A stretch of 64,000 bases of DNA from positions 96,001-160,000 of the forward strand of contig CBDFLQ010000005.1 in the NCBI GenBank assembly GCA_965249275.1. Direction: 5' to 3'. Each line of letters starts with the position of its first letter. Position 1 is the first letter of the stretch. The position numbers and the translations under genes are program-made. Of this stretch, positions 28,906 through 41,336 are shown one piece after another. Source of the DNA: Dehalococcoidia bacterium (GTDB lineage Bacteria > Chloroflexota > Dehalococcoidia > Plut-88900). Under the pieces are notes generated by a model. That model saw nothing but the letters and a program-made list of their open reading frames with translations. It was not told where the DNA came from and ran no database searches.

Positions 28906-29906
28906 TAGGCGCCGTCCCTGCGGCCCAGCTCGGTCGGGACCGGGACTTGCGCCACGACTTCATCTATCACCGCCTCTGGCCTCATTCCCTGCAACGTCGC
29001 CTCGATGTTTAATATTACGCGGTGTCCTAGAGCTTCCGACGCCACCATTTTCACGTCGTCCGGTATGACGAAGTCTCTTCCGTGGATCAGTGCCATACTG
29101 CGGGACACCTTCAGCAGGGCGAGGCCCCCCCGAGGGCTCACGCCCAGGGACACGTGGGGATGCTGCCGGGTCAACCGCACCACCTGTGTGATGTAGTCGA
29201 TCATCACCTGGTCCACATACACGTTTGTCTCTACGATCCGTTGCAACCCGACGAAGCTATCCGCATCGAGCACAGGTTCCACATCTTCGGTCGGGTCGTC
29301 CTTCTGCCACTGGATGCGTCGTTGCAGAATGCTGCTTTCCTGTTCCTGGTTAGTCGGATATCCCGTCCCGAGCCGGAACAGGAACCTGTCCAGCTGTGCC
29401 TCGGGCAGAGGATATGTCCCCTCCTGTTCAATCGGGTTTTGCGTGGCGATTACCAGGAAGGGCGGCTGCAGGGGCAGAGTATCTCCATCGATGGTGACCT
29501 GACGCTCTTCCATCGCTTCCAGCAACGCGGCCTGTGTCTTGGGAGGAGCGCGGTTGATTTCGTCAGCCAGCAGCACGTTGGTGAACACCGGTCCCTGGAT
29601 CAGTTCGAATAACCCCGTGTTCTGGCGCCACACCTTCGCTCCCAGGATGTCCGCAGGGAGCAGGTCGGGCGTGAACTGCACCCTCTTCGTATTACTGCCG
29701 ATTGCCTTGGTGAACACCTTCGCCAGCAGCGTCTTCCCCAGCCCCGGGTAGTCTTCGAAAAGCACGTGACCGTTGGCCAGGGCTGCAGCCAGCAGCTTCC
29801 TCAACAGCAGCCGATTCCCGACAAAGACCTCCGATACCCTGTCTATGATCCTGTCGCAGACCGGCCCCGCCTCTTCTACCTCTATTTGACTTTTACTCTT
29901 GTCCAT
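28905..29906 (-). CDS. moxR: MoxR-family AAA+ ATPase
   Basis: PGLGKT, QFTPDLLPADI, LADEINRAPPKTQAALLEAMEE, YPLPEAQLDRF. Confidence 0.96.
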   Translation of the reverse strand: MDKSKSQIEVEEAGPVCDRIIDRVSEVFVGNRLLLRKLLAAALANGHVLFEDYPGLGKTLLAKVFTKAIGSNTKRVQFTPDLLPADILGAKVWRQNTGLFELIQGPVFTNVLLADEINRAPPKTQAALLEAMEERQVTIDGDTLPLQPPFLVIATQNPIEQEGTYPLPEAQLDRFLFRLGTGYPTNQEQESSILQRRIQWQKDDPTEDVEPVLDADSFVGLQRIVETNVYVDQVMIDYITQVVRLTRQHPHVSLGVSPRGGLALLKVSRSMALIHGRDFVIPDDVKMVASEALGHRVILNIEATLQGMRPEAVIDEVVAQVPVPTELGRRDGA

Positions 29907-29921
29907 TTTGTCTCTCCGGCC

Positions 29922-32069
29922 CTAATCTCCCGGCAGAATGCGTCGTCGCGCGACCCCCGCCGGAGTTGTACAAATCTTCTGGTCATCCCCCGCTCTCACC
30001 TTCCACCGAGTTCCCTCCTCCGACAGCACTTCTATTGCCTCTCCTTGTGGAATATTCGACGCGAAATAACGCCCCAAGCGATCATAGACTGACACTGGTG
30101 CGGCCAGAACGACTAGAGGCAACTCGCCAGCCTTTCCATCTCCAAACAGGTGAGACAGTGCTGCATCGATTATCCGAGCCCGCCGCTCCTTCTGCCTTTG
30201 GTCCATGCCTTCCCTCGACCGCAGCAAGGAGAGCGGACCACCCCGACCTCCATCCGTTATTGTCAGCACTGGGAACCAAAGCGCTACCGCCAGATCCAGG
30301 GGTGCGCCCTTCTGCCAATAGGCCGCTGCAAGGGTCATGGCCAGTGCCTCGGGCTGCGAGCCGTCCTCGACAAAGGGCCCGCTCAAATCCCTAATGCGCT
30401 GTTCTTCTATCTCCGGTGGGGGCTCGGGGTCTCGCTTGAGGACAGCATCCATGCGGCTCAACGATTCAGCTAGCGCCGAGGCCCGCCTCCGCATGGCTCG
30501 GACCCGCTTTCGAGGCCACGGGTCCCACGCAGTTGAGGTCTCGGGGTTGCGTCTCATGGGCTCGAACACGGCTGGAATCTCTTCCAGGGGCGTCCGATTG
30601 CGAAGAAGCAACCCCAGCATGTACCTCCAGAGATAGCCCCACCTTCCCGTCTCGACGTACTGCTTCTGCAGGTCCACCAATCCTTTGAGGCGCAGGTCTC
30701 GCCGCTCCTCCACAATCTGCACGTGCCGGGACCAGTGCGGCCACTCCGCCGGAGGGCCTCCCTCGGGGAGCACCTGCTGTCTCGCGTGGCTTCTCATCCG
30801 ATTTATCGCAATTGCAGCAAAGAGCACCACCGCCATCCATTCATATATCGGAGCGAACCACATCACGTCGTAGACCAATGGACGTATCAGCAAGCCGTAG
30901 AGCGCCAGGAAGGCCCCCAGGAACGCGGTCCTGTATACGGACTTCGCCAGAAGCCGGGCCACGGCGCTCACAGCCCACACCGCGTTGGACGTGTAGTATC
31001 GAGCCATGAAAGACAGTCCCGCCGCGAAAAAGCCGCAGGCTACCGCCGCTCCCAACAATGGGAACCCGTGTCCCAACTCCGCTATCCCCGCGCCCATGAG
31101 CCAGACCACCGCCCCGACTGTGCTGTATCCCACGGCTTTGGCCAGAGGCATATACTCAGTCCCGCCCGAGTCCCGCGCCCCCGCTGGCAGCTTAATAACG
31201 AAGTACAACCCCGCAATGAACACCCCGGCTAGGTGCCGCGCCTCGTAGAGTTGCCCGAAATGGGGCTGTGTAGCGTATCCAATTAGAAGATGCGGCCACC
31301 TGTTTAGAAAGAGGGCGGTCACGTTTGGGAGGGAGCTGAGAGCGCCCCAAACGACCAGCCCTCCGCTCACCCCTGCGAGCAGGATCCCTGCCCCTTTGAC
31401 TACCACCGGAGGCGGGATCCACCATCTCCTCTTGTTAGACTGCGCCATCATCTGCGCCGTACCACCGAGCCTTCCGCCCGCATAGCTGGCTGCCAGGGCC
31501 ACCCACAGGGCAACTTGCAGCTCTCGGTTGGGGAAACCGTGCTCGGTCAGCCAGCCGGCGTGAAGTATCACGTAGACTATGACAAACGCTATGAGCCGGA
31601 CCCAGGGGACAGGGAAGATCTGGCTGGCAACCAGGAATCGGACGCTCGACGCCCGCACTACCGCCACAAACACGAATATCCCGGTTAACCCACCGATCAA
31701 ATTGTAGTAGGTTCCCGGGTCGGGCCGAGTCCCGGCAAGGGATAGACCTGCACTCATCAAGATCGCCATCCAAGCCCCGGCCCTAAGCAAACGTACCGCG
31801 ATCCTAAGCGCCAGCCCTGTCCTTGCCCTGAATTCTTCCGGGAGTCTCAGGGCCTGCCTAAGTCTATCTTTGGGCTGTATCCAAGGCAGCAGACTCACCA
31901 CCATAGAGATGAAGGCAGCGGCCAGCACGGGCCCCAGAAGCATCTGAAAGGCGAATTCCGTTTCAGGCAGTCGCAGCACTTCGAATATCCAAAGTGCCGA
32001 CGCCGCAGCCACGATGGCTGCCGTGTGCAGCACCGAGACTCTAAGCCGGGCATCAATCCTCATCCCCAC
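29922..32069 (-). CDS. Large polytopic membrane protein with soluble C-terminal region
   Basis: >12 hydrophobic segments; abuts the upstream gene. Confidence 0.75.
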   Translation of the reverse strand: MGMRIDARLRVSVLHTAAIVAAASALWIFEVLRLPETEFAFQMLLGPVLAAAFISMVVSLLPWIQPKDRLRQALRLPEEFRARTGLALRIAVRLLRAGAWMAILMSAGLSLAGTRPDPGTYYNLIGGLTGIFVFVAVVRASSVRFLVASQIFPVPWVRLIAFVIVYVILHAGWLTEHGFPNRELQVALWVALAASYAGGRLGGTAQMMAQSNKRRWWIPPPVVVKGAGILLAGVSGGLVVWGALSSLPNVTALFLNRWPHLLIGYATQPHFGQLYEARHLAGVFIAGLYFVIKLPAGARDSGGTEYMPLAKAVGYSTVGAVVWLMGAGIAELGHGFPLLGAAVACGFFAAGLSFMARYYTSNAVWAVSAVARLLAKSVYRTAFLGAFLALYGLLIRPLVYDVMWFAPIYEWMAVVLFAAIAINRMRSHARQQVLPEGGPPAEWPHWSRHVQIVEERRDLRLKGLVDLQKQYVETGRWGYLWRYMLGLLLRNRTPLEEIPAVFEPMRRNPETSTAWDPWPRKRVRAMRRRASALAESLSRMDAVLKRDPEPPPEIEEQRIRDLSGPFVEDGSQPEALAMTLAAAYWQKGAPLDLAVALWFPVLTITDGGRGGPLSLLRSREGMDQRQKERRARIIDAALSHLFGDGKAGELPLVVLAAPVSVYDRLGRYFASNIPQGEAIEVLSEEGTRWKVRAGDDQKICTTPAGVARRRILPGD

Positions 32070-35000
32070 CTATTCCTCTCCCAACCGACGCCAGGCACGG
32101 TATGCCGCCTCGAACTGCCGCCTGCCTATGTCATGTTCACTGTAGTCCGCCTCTTCGAAACGGGCTATCAGTTCCTCCAGGGCTCTCTGGTCCACGGGAA
32201 GTCCGCTCGCAACCACCACCGACTCCATCTCCCGAGGGGTGGCCTTACCGGATATACCTGACACCTTCTGCCGCATTCCCGCCAGGAACAAGTTGTACCG
32301 CTTGACTATGTCATCCCTGAACTCGACCACCTCGAACCGACCACGGCCCTCCGATGGCAGATGCCCTTCGTCCCCCGTGAACTCTGCCTCCACTTGATAA
32401 ACTCCCAGTTCGGCGCCCCTCCAGACCGACTCACAGCGACCATCATCGTCCGTGACCAGCTCTTCCATTTCACCCGTGTCACCGATTAGTACTCGAATTG
32501 ACCGTCCTTGCAGCCCCCGCCCCACATCATCCAGCAGTGCTAATGTGACCTTCACTTCCTCCCCGACACCCCATATCTCCGGCAGGTCTTCCGCCGGTTT
32601 GACGAAGGAGACCTCCAGGCGAGTCGGCAGCAACAGCCGCAGCTCGAATTCTTCAAGTGTTTCCACTGAAGAGAACCGTTCCGTGCCCGCAAACTCTGCC
32701 GTGACCCGATACATTCCCGGCTCGTTCCCCGCCCACGAGGCAGTGCATTTGCCCTTCCGGTCCGTCACCAGCTCCATCTGCGCTTCCTCGTCACCCCACA
32801 CCACCCGGATCTCCGCCTCCGCTATCCCCCTCCCCGACTCATCGGTCAACCTGCACCACACCTCTACTTCCTCCCCCACCTGCCACGCGTTCTCCGCATC
32901 CGCGGACGGGTCCACAAAGCCCATCTCCAGGCGCGCCGACTGCACAACCACTTCGACCGTGAGTGGTGGGCCCGAGGCAACGGCGGCAGCACCCGAAGGT
33001 CGGGCGGACGCCAATACTGTGCGTCTCCCAAAGCGTCGGCTTCCGAAATAACCTCCCCCAGCGCCTAGAACCAGCAGAACCGGCAGAAGCATCCATACCA
33101 ACCACCCCAGTCCTCCACTCCTGACTTGCAGGCTCGCCAGATAGGAGACCGGGAGGTTTGTACCGTCTCCCTCGTAGCTGACTCTCAGCGGTACGATTGT
33201 CAGTCCTTCTTCGTCAGGGATGTCAACCATCAACAGCGCCACGCCAAGCTCATCCGTCACTGCGGACCCAGCTCCCGCGTAGTGGAGCCTAGCACTCGGA
33301 ATGCCGACTCCATGGTCGTCCAGAAGCCTCGCTTCCACCTGCACCAACCGTCCGGCCCTCACTTCTTCCACGGGCGTCACCAGCAGGCTCGTCGTCGCCA
33401 TCACCTTAACCGAGACCTTTGTCTCAGCCTCAAGCTCCGCCGCCGACACCTCCAACTCCATCTCCCCCAGCTCCGCATCAGACGGGACGGGCATCCGCAC
33501 CACGAAAGCCCCCACCGCATTCGTGCGCGCTAACTCTTGTCCATTCAACTCAATGCTCGTGTCCGGCACAGTTTGGCCGCTTATCAGCGTCACACCCCTA
33601 ATCGTGACGCTATCGCCCCGGGCCACGGATTCAGGCTCCTCTACCACAATCTCCGCCCTCCCTACCGTCACCGACAGAGTGGCCTGGATTGGTGCAAGCT
33701 CGTCCGTACCGGCAAATTTCACCCTGAGATCAGTTTCCGCTTCCTCTTCGAATGTCGTTTCCCAAAGGAATGACCCCAGGAGACTTGTAACCACTTCCAC
33801 CGGCTCTCCCCGACCCGCGCTCACCATCAGGGTGTGCCCTTCCAGTCCTTCGCCGTCCGTCCCGGCTAGCGTTCCCTCAAGCCGGTAAGATGCACCCACC
33901 CGCACTACCCTGTCACCGCTCAGGTCCAGGAGGACAAGCTCTACTACACTAAGGGTATATCCGCTTCTGCCCGGCTCCAGAAGGTCGTCTCCCGTGAAGG
34001 TCGCCTCAATTGCATATCTTCCCGGCTGGTCCGTTACACCCTTCAGCTCGAACTCGCCCAGCTCATCGGTCAGTATTGAGGTCACGGCCTCCTCGGGCAG
34101 TGTGATGTCGACTTCCCGTTGAGACAACGGCGCCCCCCGGCTATCTGCCAGCGACCCCCTGATTACGTACTCCTCCCCAACCTGCACCTCCCTGTCTCCG
34201 CTCAATTTCAGGAAGACGGGCTCGGTCACGCTCAGGGTATATCCTGCCTTGCTCGGCTCAAGGACATCCTCACCAGAAAACGCCGCTTCAATGCCGTATC
34301 TACCTGGCCGCTCCGCTACGGCATTCATTCGGAATTCGCCCTGTTCGTCGGTCAGGGCCGAGGCCTTGACCTCTCCAGGCAATGTGATCTCGATCTGCTT
34401 CAATGCCAAGGAGTTCCCGTTGGAGTCCATCAACGTGCCATTGATCACGTATTCGCCCCCGACCTGTACCTCTCTGTCACCACTTAGCTCAAGGAACACC
34501 GGCTCGAATACGCTGAGTGTATATCCGCTCTTGCTGGGCTCAAGAATGCCACCCCCCGCAAAAGAGGCCTGGATGCCATAGACCCCTCGCCGCTCCGTCG
34601 ACCCTCTTACTGTGAACTCACCCCGCTCCCGAGTCTGGACCGAGGCCACCTCCCCATCCGGCAGGGTAACTTCGATCGACTGCATGGCTAACACCCCTCC
34701 GCGAATGTTCCTCAACGTGCCGTTTATGACGAAATCCTCCCCTACACGCACGTTGTCCACAGCGTCGATAGTCAGCACACTCGGCATCGTGACCATCACA
34801 TCTAAGCTGGCCTCGTTCCCCAGCATGTACCCTTCCTGCTCAAACGTCACCGCCACCGACCGCTGCCCCGTCCGACCAAACGCCCTTGTGAAACTGAAGG
34901 CGCCTCGGTCATCCGTCGTCACTTGGAACGGGGTTAGTCCCTGTATGTTCACGCGAATCGTACGACTGCCCACCGGGTCTCCCGCTTCCTCCGTCAACCT

Positions 35001-38000
35001 CCCCCGGAAAGTCCCTTCCGCGTCTATCGAAATCTCCGATGGCCCGCTAAACTCCATCTCCGTCCCTGAATAGACCCCTATCTCCGGGTCGCTCCATGAC
35101 CCCTTATAGTCGTCGTTGCCTATCGCGTGCGCTATTAGTTGGTAGCTGCCCCCTTCGAAGCTATCCGGCACCAGGACCTCTATCTCGAACCGACCGTTTT
35201 CCGTCTCCGTAGTTCCCAGCCTCCAGCCACCTTGTTCCTTCGTTTCGTTGATGAATATTTCCACCTCCATCCCATCCACCGGAGCGCCGGATAGCGTATC
35301 CACCCTCCCCCCTATATCGAACGGCAGCCCTTTCCGCGTCTCCCTGGGCCATTGGTCGATCTCGATTACAGTCCCGCGCTTTATCGGATCACCCTGTGAA
35401 TGGACTAGATCGCCCCTGGCTTGGATCACTCGGGAAGGTGCACCCCCTGATCCCGTCGGTTCGAAGGTCACCCATCCAATCCCCTCAAACGCCACCTCCG
35501 CCCACTGGTGCCCCTGGTCCGAATAGACCGTTTGGGTTCCGGGGGCCTCTACTATCGCCCATCCCGACACCACCCGTGCCGGGATGCCTACTGACCTCGC
35601 CATCACTACGAATGCACTGCTGTACACCCCGCATGTCCCCTCTCGATGATCGAACAGGAACCAGTCAACCGGGTCCCGGCCCTCTGGGGGAGCGTCATCA
35701 GACGAATCGGCAAACGCATAAGGGTAGGTGGTACTCAGATATCGCTCCAGCGCCTTGGCCTTCAGGTAGGGGCTGCTGTATCCCTTTGTAACCTCCTCCG
35801 CTTTCAGGCGGACCCTGTCCGGGACGCTGGAGGGCAACTGGGTATAGGTTGGGTCCGACGATACGGCGGCCCTTGCGAGTTGATCTTCGGAGAAGTGGGG
35901 TATCCTTGCCCTCCAACTGTATGTGGGCACGGTGTCTGCGGAGTAAAATGTTGCACTGTACGCCCAAAGAAATGTCCCAGTGCCGATGCTGTCCACGTGG
36001 AGAGAAGTCGGCAATGGTCCCTTGGGGAACTGCTGCAATGATCCGATAGGCGTCATGCTAATAGTTGTTGTATGGGTCGAAACGGGTTGTGTCTGGAAGC
36101 CAGCCAACAGCGACAAATCGAGCCGTTCAGCAGGAAGTCTCGAGAAGCCACTGCCTTCCTCTTCTATTTTCCCCTGCACCGCCGCCGGCACACTCTCGTT
36201 TGGATAGACCCAGAACCCGACAGGGTGCAACTGATGCCACCGGCCATTCTGGTACAAGTCTCCTACTGCAGTCCGTAGACGGTCTGTGTGACCCGCGCCG
36301 TGGACCTGGAATATGGGATTATGGGCAAGCCCACCAGATTGAGCCGTAGTAGTGCCGGGTACCCAATATCCCTGATTCTCGTACACCACCAGGGAAGCGC
36401 CGTTCTCCAGGGTAGTGATCGACGCCCCCCGCTCCTCCAGGATTTCCCGTGCCGCTCCCCCATAACCCGGCCTCGTGTCACCGAGGAGACGTTCCAAATT
36501 GAACAGTCCTACACCGCTGTCTTCATCCAGGATATCCAGGTTCTTCTCTATCTCACTCTCGATGGCCTGCCTTGCAGACTCAGATATTACCGATTGACCA
36601 TCTCCTGCTGTGCCCTCGTCGCTTCCTTCGCCCTCTTCCCCATTCTCTGCACCTGCCTCCTCGACATAGAAGCCCGCCGTCCGGGACGGTGGCCCCGATG
36701 CCGTAGCCTCGAAGGACACCCACCCGATTTCATCCAACGCCACCTCCGTCCACTGGTGCGCCTGGTCCAGATACACCGTCTGCGTTTCGCCGGTCTGCCC
36801 GATCGCCCATCCCGACACCACCCGCGCCGGTATCCCTACCGACCTTGCCAGCACTACGAAGGCGCTGCTGAACTGGCCGCAGGTGCCTTCCCTGCTTTCA
36901 AATAGGAACCAGTCCACCGGGTCTCGGCCTGCCGGAGGCCCACCGGCCCCCGATTCTGCAAACGCATACACGTAAGCCTCTCTCAGGTACTGCTCAATAG
37001 CCTTTGCCTGGGCGTACGTCCCGGTATAGCCCTCCGTGATCTCCCTCGCCAGCTCGCCTACCCGTCCCGGCACGGTTTCCGGCAACTGCGTGTATACAGT
37101 GTCCTCATATGCCCCCGCCGCTCTCAACACCTCGTCCTCGAATTCCACTGCCCGCGCCGACCACACGACACGTTCGGCCTCGTTTTCGATGCGGACCGTG
37201 CTGCTATACGGGAAGTACACCCCCGGCTCTAATACGAACCGCATGTCCAGCGACCCCGGTATTACACCCGCTGCTATAACTGCCCCATCATTTGCTGGCG
37301 AAACTATGACTGACAGATTGACAGTCTGGCCAGTCAGATAGCGAGAGGTGGAAGATCCGGGCGGCGCAGGTCGGCTGGTCCCGCTCTGAGCATTCAGCAC
37401 CACTTCCTGCAGCTGTTCTATCCCTTCGTATGGCGCTTCCACCGGGTCCGATTGCGCCCACCGCCCGTTTACGTACACATCCCCTGTTGCCGTGCGCAGA
37501 TAGTTGAGCTTCTCAGCGCCACTCACCTCGAACACCGGCAAGTGCGGTGGCTTTCCCGCCTGCATCGTGGTTGTGCCCGCACCTAAAGCCAACACCTCAT
37601 CATCCACTAACCCCACAAGTCCCCCACTCTCTAACCGGGTGACATCGGCCCCAAGCTCCTTAAGCGCTGCCTCCGCCGCCTCCCTAACCGCAGGGCTCGG
37701 GTCCGAAAGGGTCTCCATCAGCGCTCCTATTGCTTTCGAGCCTCCCAGGCCCGACAAAGCGCCAATTCACAAGCCTCTAACAAGTGCGGACTCATCCTCC
37801 TTCAGCGCCTTTATCAACGCGTCGATTACCTTATCGCCCTTCAATTTTGCCAAGGCATTTGCAGCTTCGGCCCGCACCTCTTCCGCCTCATCCTCATGCA
37901 GGGCTGATATAAGGGGATCTATAGCGTTCCGGTATCCTTCCTCTCCCAGTGCCTCCGCGGCTTTGGCCCGGACCTCGGCTGCCTCGTCGCTGCCCAACGC

Positions 38001-40181
38001 ATCGATTAGCGGATCGCTCACGTCCGTTAATGTTTCGGGTGCGATCTCCGAGTACTCCAGCAGTTCATCTATCGTGTCCAAGCGATCGTCGAGGTCGGGA
38101 TTGGAGAGCAGCTTATCGCCCAGCCGGTCCAGTTCGTCCTCCCATGCCTCCATCACCGTGGCCCGGAAAGGCGCCCCGTTATATGGTGTCGGTTCGAACC
38201 TTCTCCAGCCTATGCCCTCGAAAGCCACCTCTGCCCATTGGTGAGCTTGGTCCACGTAAACCGTTTGCCGTTCCACTCCCTCGCTTATGACCCACCCCGA
38301 CACCACGCGCGCCGGTATACCCACCGACCTTGCCAACACCACGAATGCACTGCTGAACTGGCCGCACGTGCCTTTCTTAGTATCAAAGAGGAACCAGTCC
38401 ACTGCGTCTCGGCCCTCGGGCAGGGCTTCATCATCCTCTGTCGCGAACGCGTATTCGTAGTTATCTCGCAGGTGCCACGCCAAGGCCCTCGCCTTCTCAT
38501 ACACCGACTCGTGCTCTTCAGTGATCTCTTCGGCCAGCAGACGCACTCTCTCAGGTACGTTTTCCGGCAGTCCAAGTGCTATGGGGTCCGAGTACGCCTG
38601 CGCCGCCTGTAGCTCATCTTCCGAGAACCGATGCACACCGGACATCCACCCATACTCGTCGATTTCTACGTCCGTCGAGAAAGTCCCGCTGAAAGGTCTG
38701 TAACGCCCGTCCGTATCAAAGAATTCCGCACCTATAGTGGTAGGCAGCGCTCCCGCCGGCACCTTTCGTCCCGGCTCATGTGCCGAAACGGTTATTCGCT
38801 GCCGGCTCGTTTCTTCAGCCGGGCTCTCCGGCCAGAGCAGCAGGGATGCTCCCGCGTCTTCCCACGGCAGGATGTCTACATTTCCGTCCTCTATTAGCAC
38901 CGCATATACAAGTTGGCGGGTCGGCGTTCGTGCCGCGTAAGCCAGTTCCACAGGGTCGGTCCTGGTCCATCCTTGCCCCGTGTACTCGTCTCCTGCATCT
39001 GTGCGCAGATATCCCGTTGCGCTTGCGCCGCTTACCTCGAATACTGGCCTGTCGTCCGGTGTTGACACCCGGCTTGCGCTCGTCCCTGGCGCCCAGAAGA
39101 CTCGGTCGCCTATATAGACCAATGCCGCGCCGCTCTCCAGCGGTGTCATCGAGGCGCCTATGTCACTCAGGATCCACCCCGCTGCGTTCTTCACCCCAAT
39201 ATCAGGATCTCCCAACGCCTCAACCAACGCCGTCTCCGTCGCAGCACTCACTTCCGGGTCATCGCCTCCCAATGCCTCAACCAGCGCCGACTCCGCCGCC
39301 GTCCTCACGTCCTCGTTACTGTCCCCCAGCGCCTCAACCAGCGCCGCGACTACTTCCGGATCAGCCATTCCCGCGAGCTCTGACAAAGCCTCGACCTTCT
39401 CATCCGGGCTCCCGTGTATCAGCACGTTGAAGTAGTCCACTTCACTCGATGCTTGGTCTTGCTGGGTCGTCTGGCCTGGCTGGCCCGGCAGGCCCGGCAG
39501 CCCTTCTCCCTCGGTGGTCCCTGTTGCGGGCCGCCAGTAGACGTTCACGGCGCCGGTGTAATCGGGTGTCGTCTCCACCACCGAGTGGTGTTTGAAGAGG
39601 TTGACCCCGTATATGGCGTCGGAGCCGAACATGCCGAATACCAGGGCTGCTGTCAGCCACGCCAGAAGAGGTATGGGCAAAAGCTTGGGCTTTGCTACCG
39701 CAACCAGGCCAACGGTCACCACGAATGCGGCCAGCAGCGTTAACCCTAACGGCGCCACACCCTCGGTCTTGACCGGGTGTTCTCCGTAGTCCACCCCGCC
39801 GAAGGGCAACCCCTCACCAAATACCATGGAAGCGACTAGGTAAACACCCGTCCCCAGCAACCCCACCGCGACTACTCCACCAGGCAGCAAGGCCGTCCAC
39901 CGACGCCCCTCGCGATCTTTGAATCGGCGCTTAAGCAGAAGGAGAGCCGCGAGTCCCAGCAGGATGCTCATGGCCGGCGCCACCACGGCAATCAGACTTG
40001 CGCCGCTCGGTATTTCTGACGCGGTTGAGTCAGCCGCATCCTTGGTAGTTAGCAGGTCCCTGGGTCCGTCGCTGGTGAGCCCGCCAAAAAGCTCGAAGAG
40101 GAAAAACAGTCCACCAAGAGCCACCGCCAAGACCAGGAGCAGACCGAGATGGGACCTAACCTCCCTGAACAACCCCATCAT
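32070..40181 (-). CDS. Giant membrane protein: TM region, HEAT repeats, three transglutaminase-like domains, Ig-like repeats, TM, DUF4129-like tail; in-frame TGA at 37767-37769
   Basis: ORFs 37767-40235 and 32070-37757 share a frame and a HEAT repeat spans the stop (VRGL*IGALSGLGG); three GTCG(Q/V)(F/Y)SSAF...HQW.EV motifs; C-terminal ATPRE...FEEADYS. Confidence 0.82.
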
Positions 40182-40297
40182 CCGCCCATTATACGCACCT
40201 TTATTCAGATCACATCCTTGACACTTACCTGTCATCCAGGAACAAAAGACGCTAAGCGTATCGTTCAGCGCTTCTTACTTATTCCCCGCTCCTCGCA

Positions 40298-40337
40298 CAA
40301 AAACTAACTGCCGACTGGTCTAACCAGTCGGCAGTTA
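40298..40337 (-). terminator. Intrinsic terminator after peroxiredoxin
   Basis: 15-bp perfect stem TAACTGCCGACTGGT/ACCAGTCGGCAGTTA followed by a T run on the minus strand. Confidence 0.85.
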
Positions 40338-40361
40338 ATGCAAATGCTATGGATGGGGAGA

Positions 40362-41024
40362 CTATGCGCTCGGGTCTTTCACCTTTCGCAGATAGGGCTT
40401 CACCGTCTCCCAGCCGTCCGGGAACAGGTCTTTAGCCGCCTCGTTGTTCACTGCCGGAACTATTATGACATCCTCGCCCTTAGTCCAGTTGGCGGGGGTT
40501 GCCACCTTGTGGTTCGCAGTCAGTTGGCAGGAGTCGATCACCCTGAGCAGCTCGTCGAAGTTGCGGCCCGTGCTCATCGGGTAGGTCAGGCTCATTTTGA
40601 TCTTCTTGTCCGGCCCGATCAGGAACACCGACCGTACTGTAGCGTTGTTCGCCGCTGTTCTCCCCTCGGAGGAATCTCCCTCCGACGCGGGCAGCATGTC
40701 ATACATCTTGGCTACGTTCAGGTCATGGTCGGCGATGATGGGGAAATTGAGCGGAGTTCCGGCCAGGTCCTCGATGTCCGAAGCCCAGCGCTGGTGGTCC
40801 TCCACTTTGTCGACGCTCAGGCCTATGACCTTGCAGCCGCGCTTCTCAAACTCGCCTTTTACACTCGCCACGTGTCCTAGCTCGGTCGCACAGACTGGCG
40901 TAAAGTCCTTTGGATGTGAAAAGAGCATCGCCCATCCGTCTCCGATCCACTCGTGAAAGTTGACCGAGCCGGAGCTGGTGTTCGCCGTGAAATCCGGGGC
41001 CGTATCGTTAATGCGAAGTGCCAT
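40362..41024 (-). CDS. 1-Cys peroxiredoxin (Prx6 family)
   Basis: FSHPKDFTPVCATE, YPMSTGRNFDE, TPANW. Confidence 0.95.
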   Translation of the reverse strand: MALRINDTAPDFTANTSSGSVNFHEWIGDGWAMLFSHPKDFTPVCATELGHVASVKGEFEKRGCKVIGLSVDKVEDHQRWASDIEDLAGTPLNFPIIADHDLNVAKMYDMLPASEGDSSEGRTAANNATVRSVFLIGPDKKIKMSLTYPMSTGRNFDELLRVIDSCQLTANHKVATPANWTKGEDVIIVPAVNNEAAKDLFPDGWETVKPYLRKVKDPSA

Positions 41025-41336
41025 ATTCCCCCCTCTCCTCTAAAGTTGGTCGTCGACGCTCTCGCGCCGAAACCTGTCTAGGTCAGCTATGTGTCTCGCT
41101 CAGGAAACTTTAACAGAACTTCCACATTGGGGGTAGGCTAGTTCTCGTTACGCCCACTTCTCCTCGCAACATACGTGCCCGTCCCACAGTACAAGACTGC
41201 CCTAATGGTAGCCGAGTTTACGCGGGCCCCTGCGTATAAGGGACTGACTCTCACCCGGATGGCTCGGATGACGGCATCACCCGGCATGGCCGAGCCAGCA
41301 TCCTTAGCGCCCGCCTATAAGTACAAACTCTAAGGA

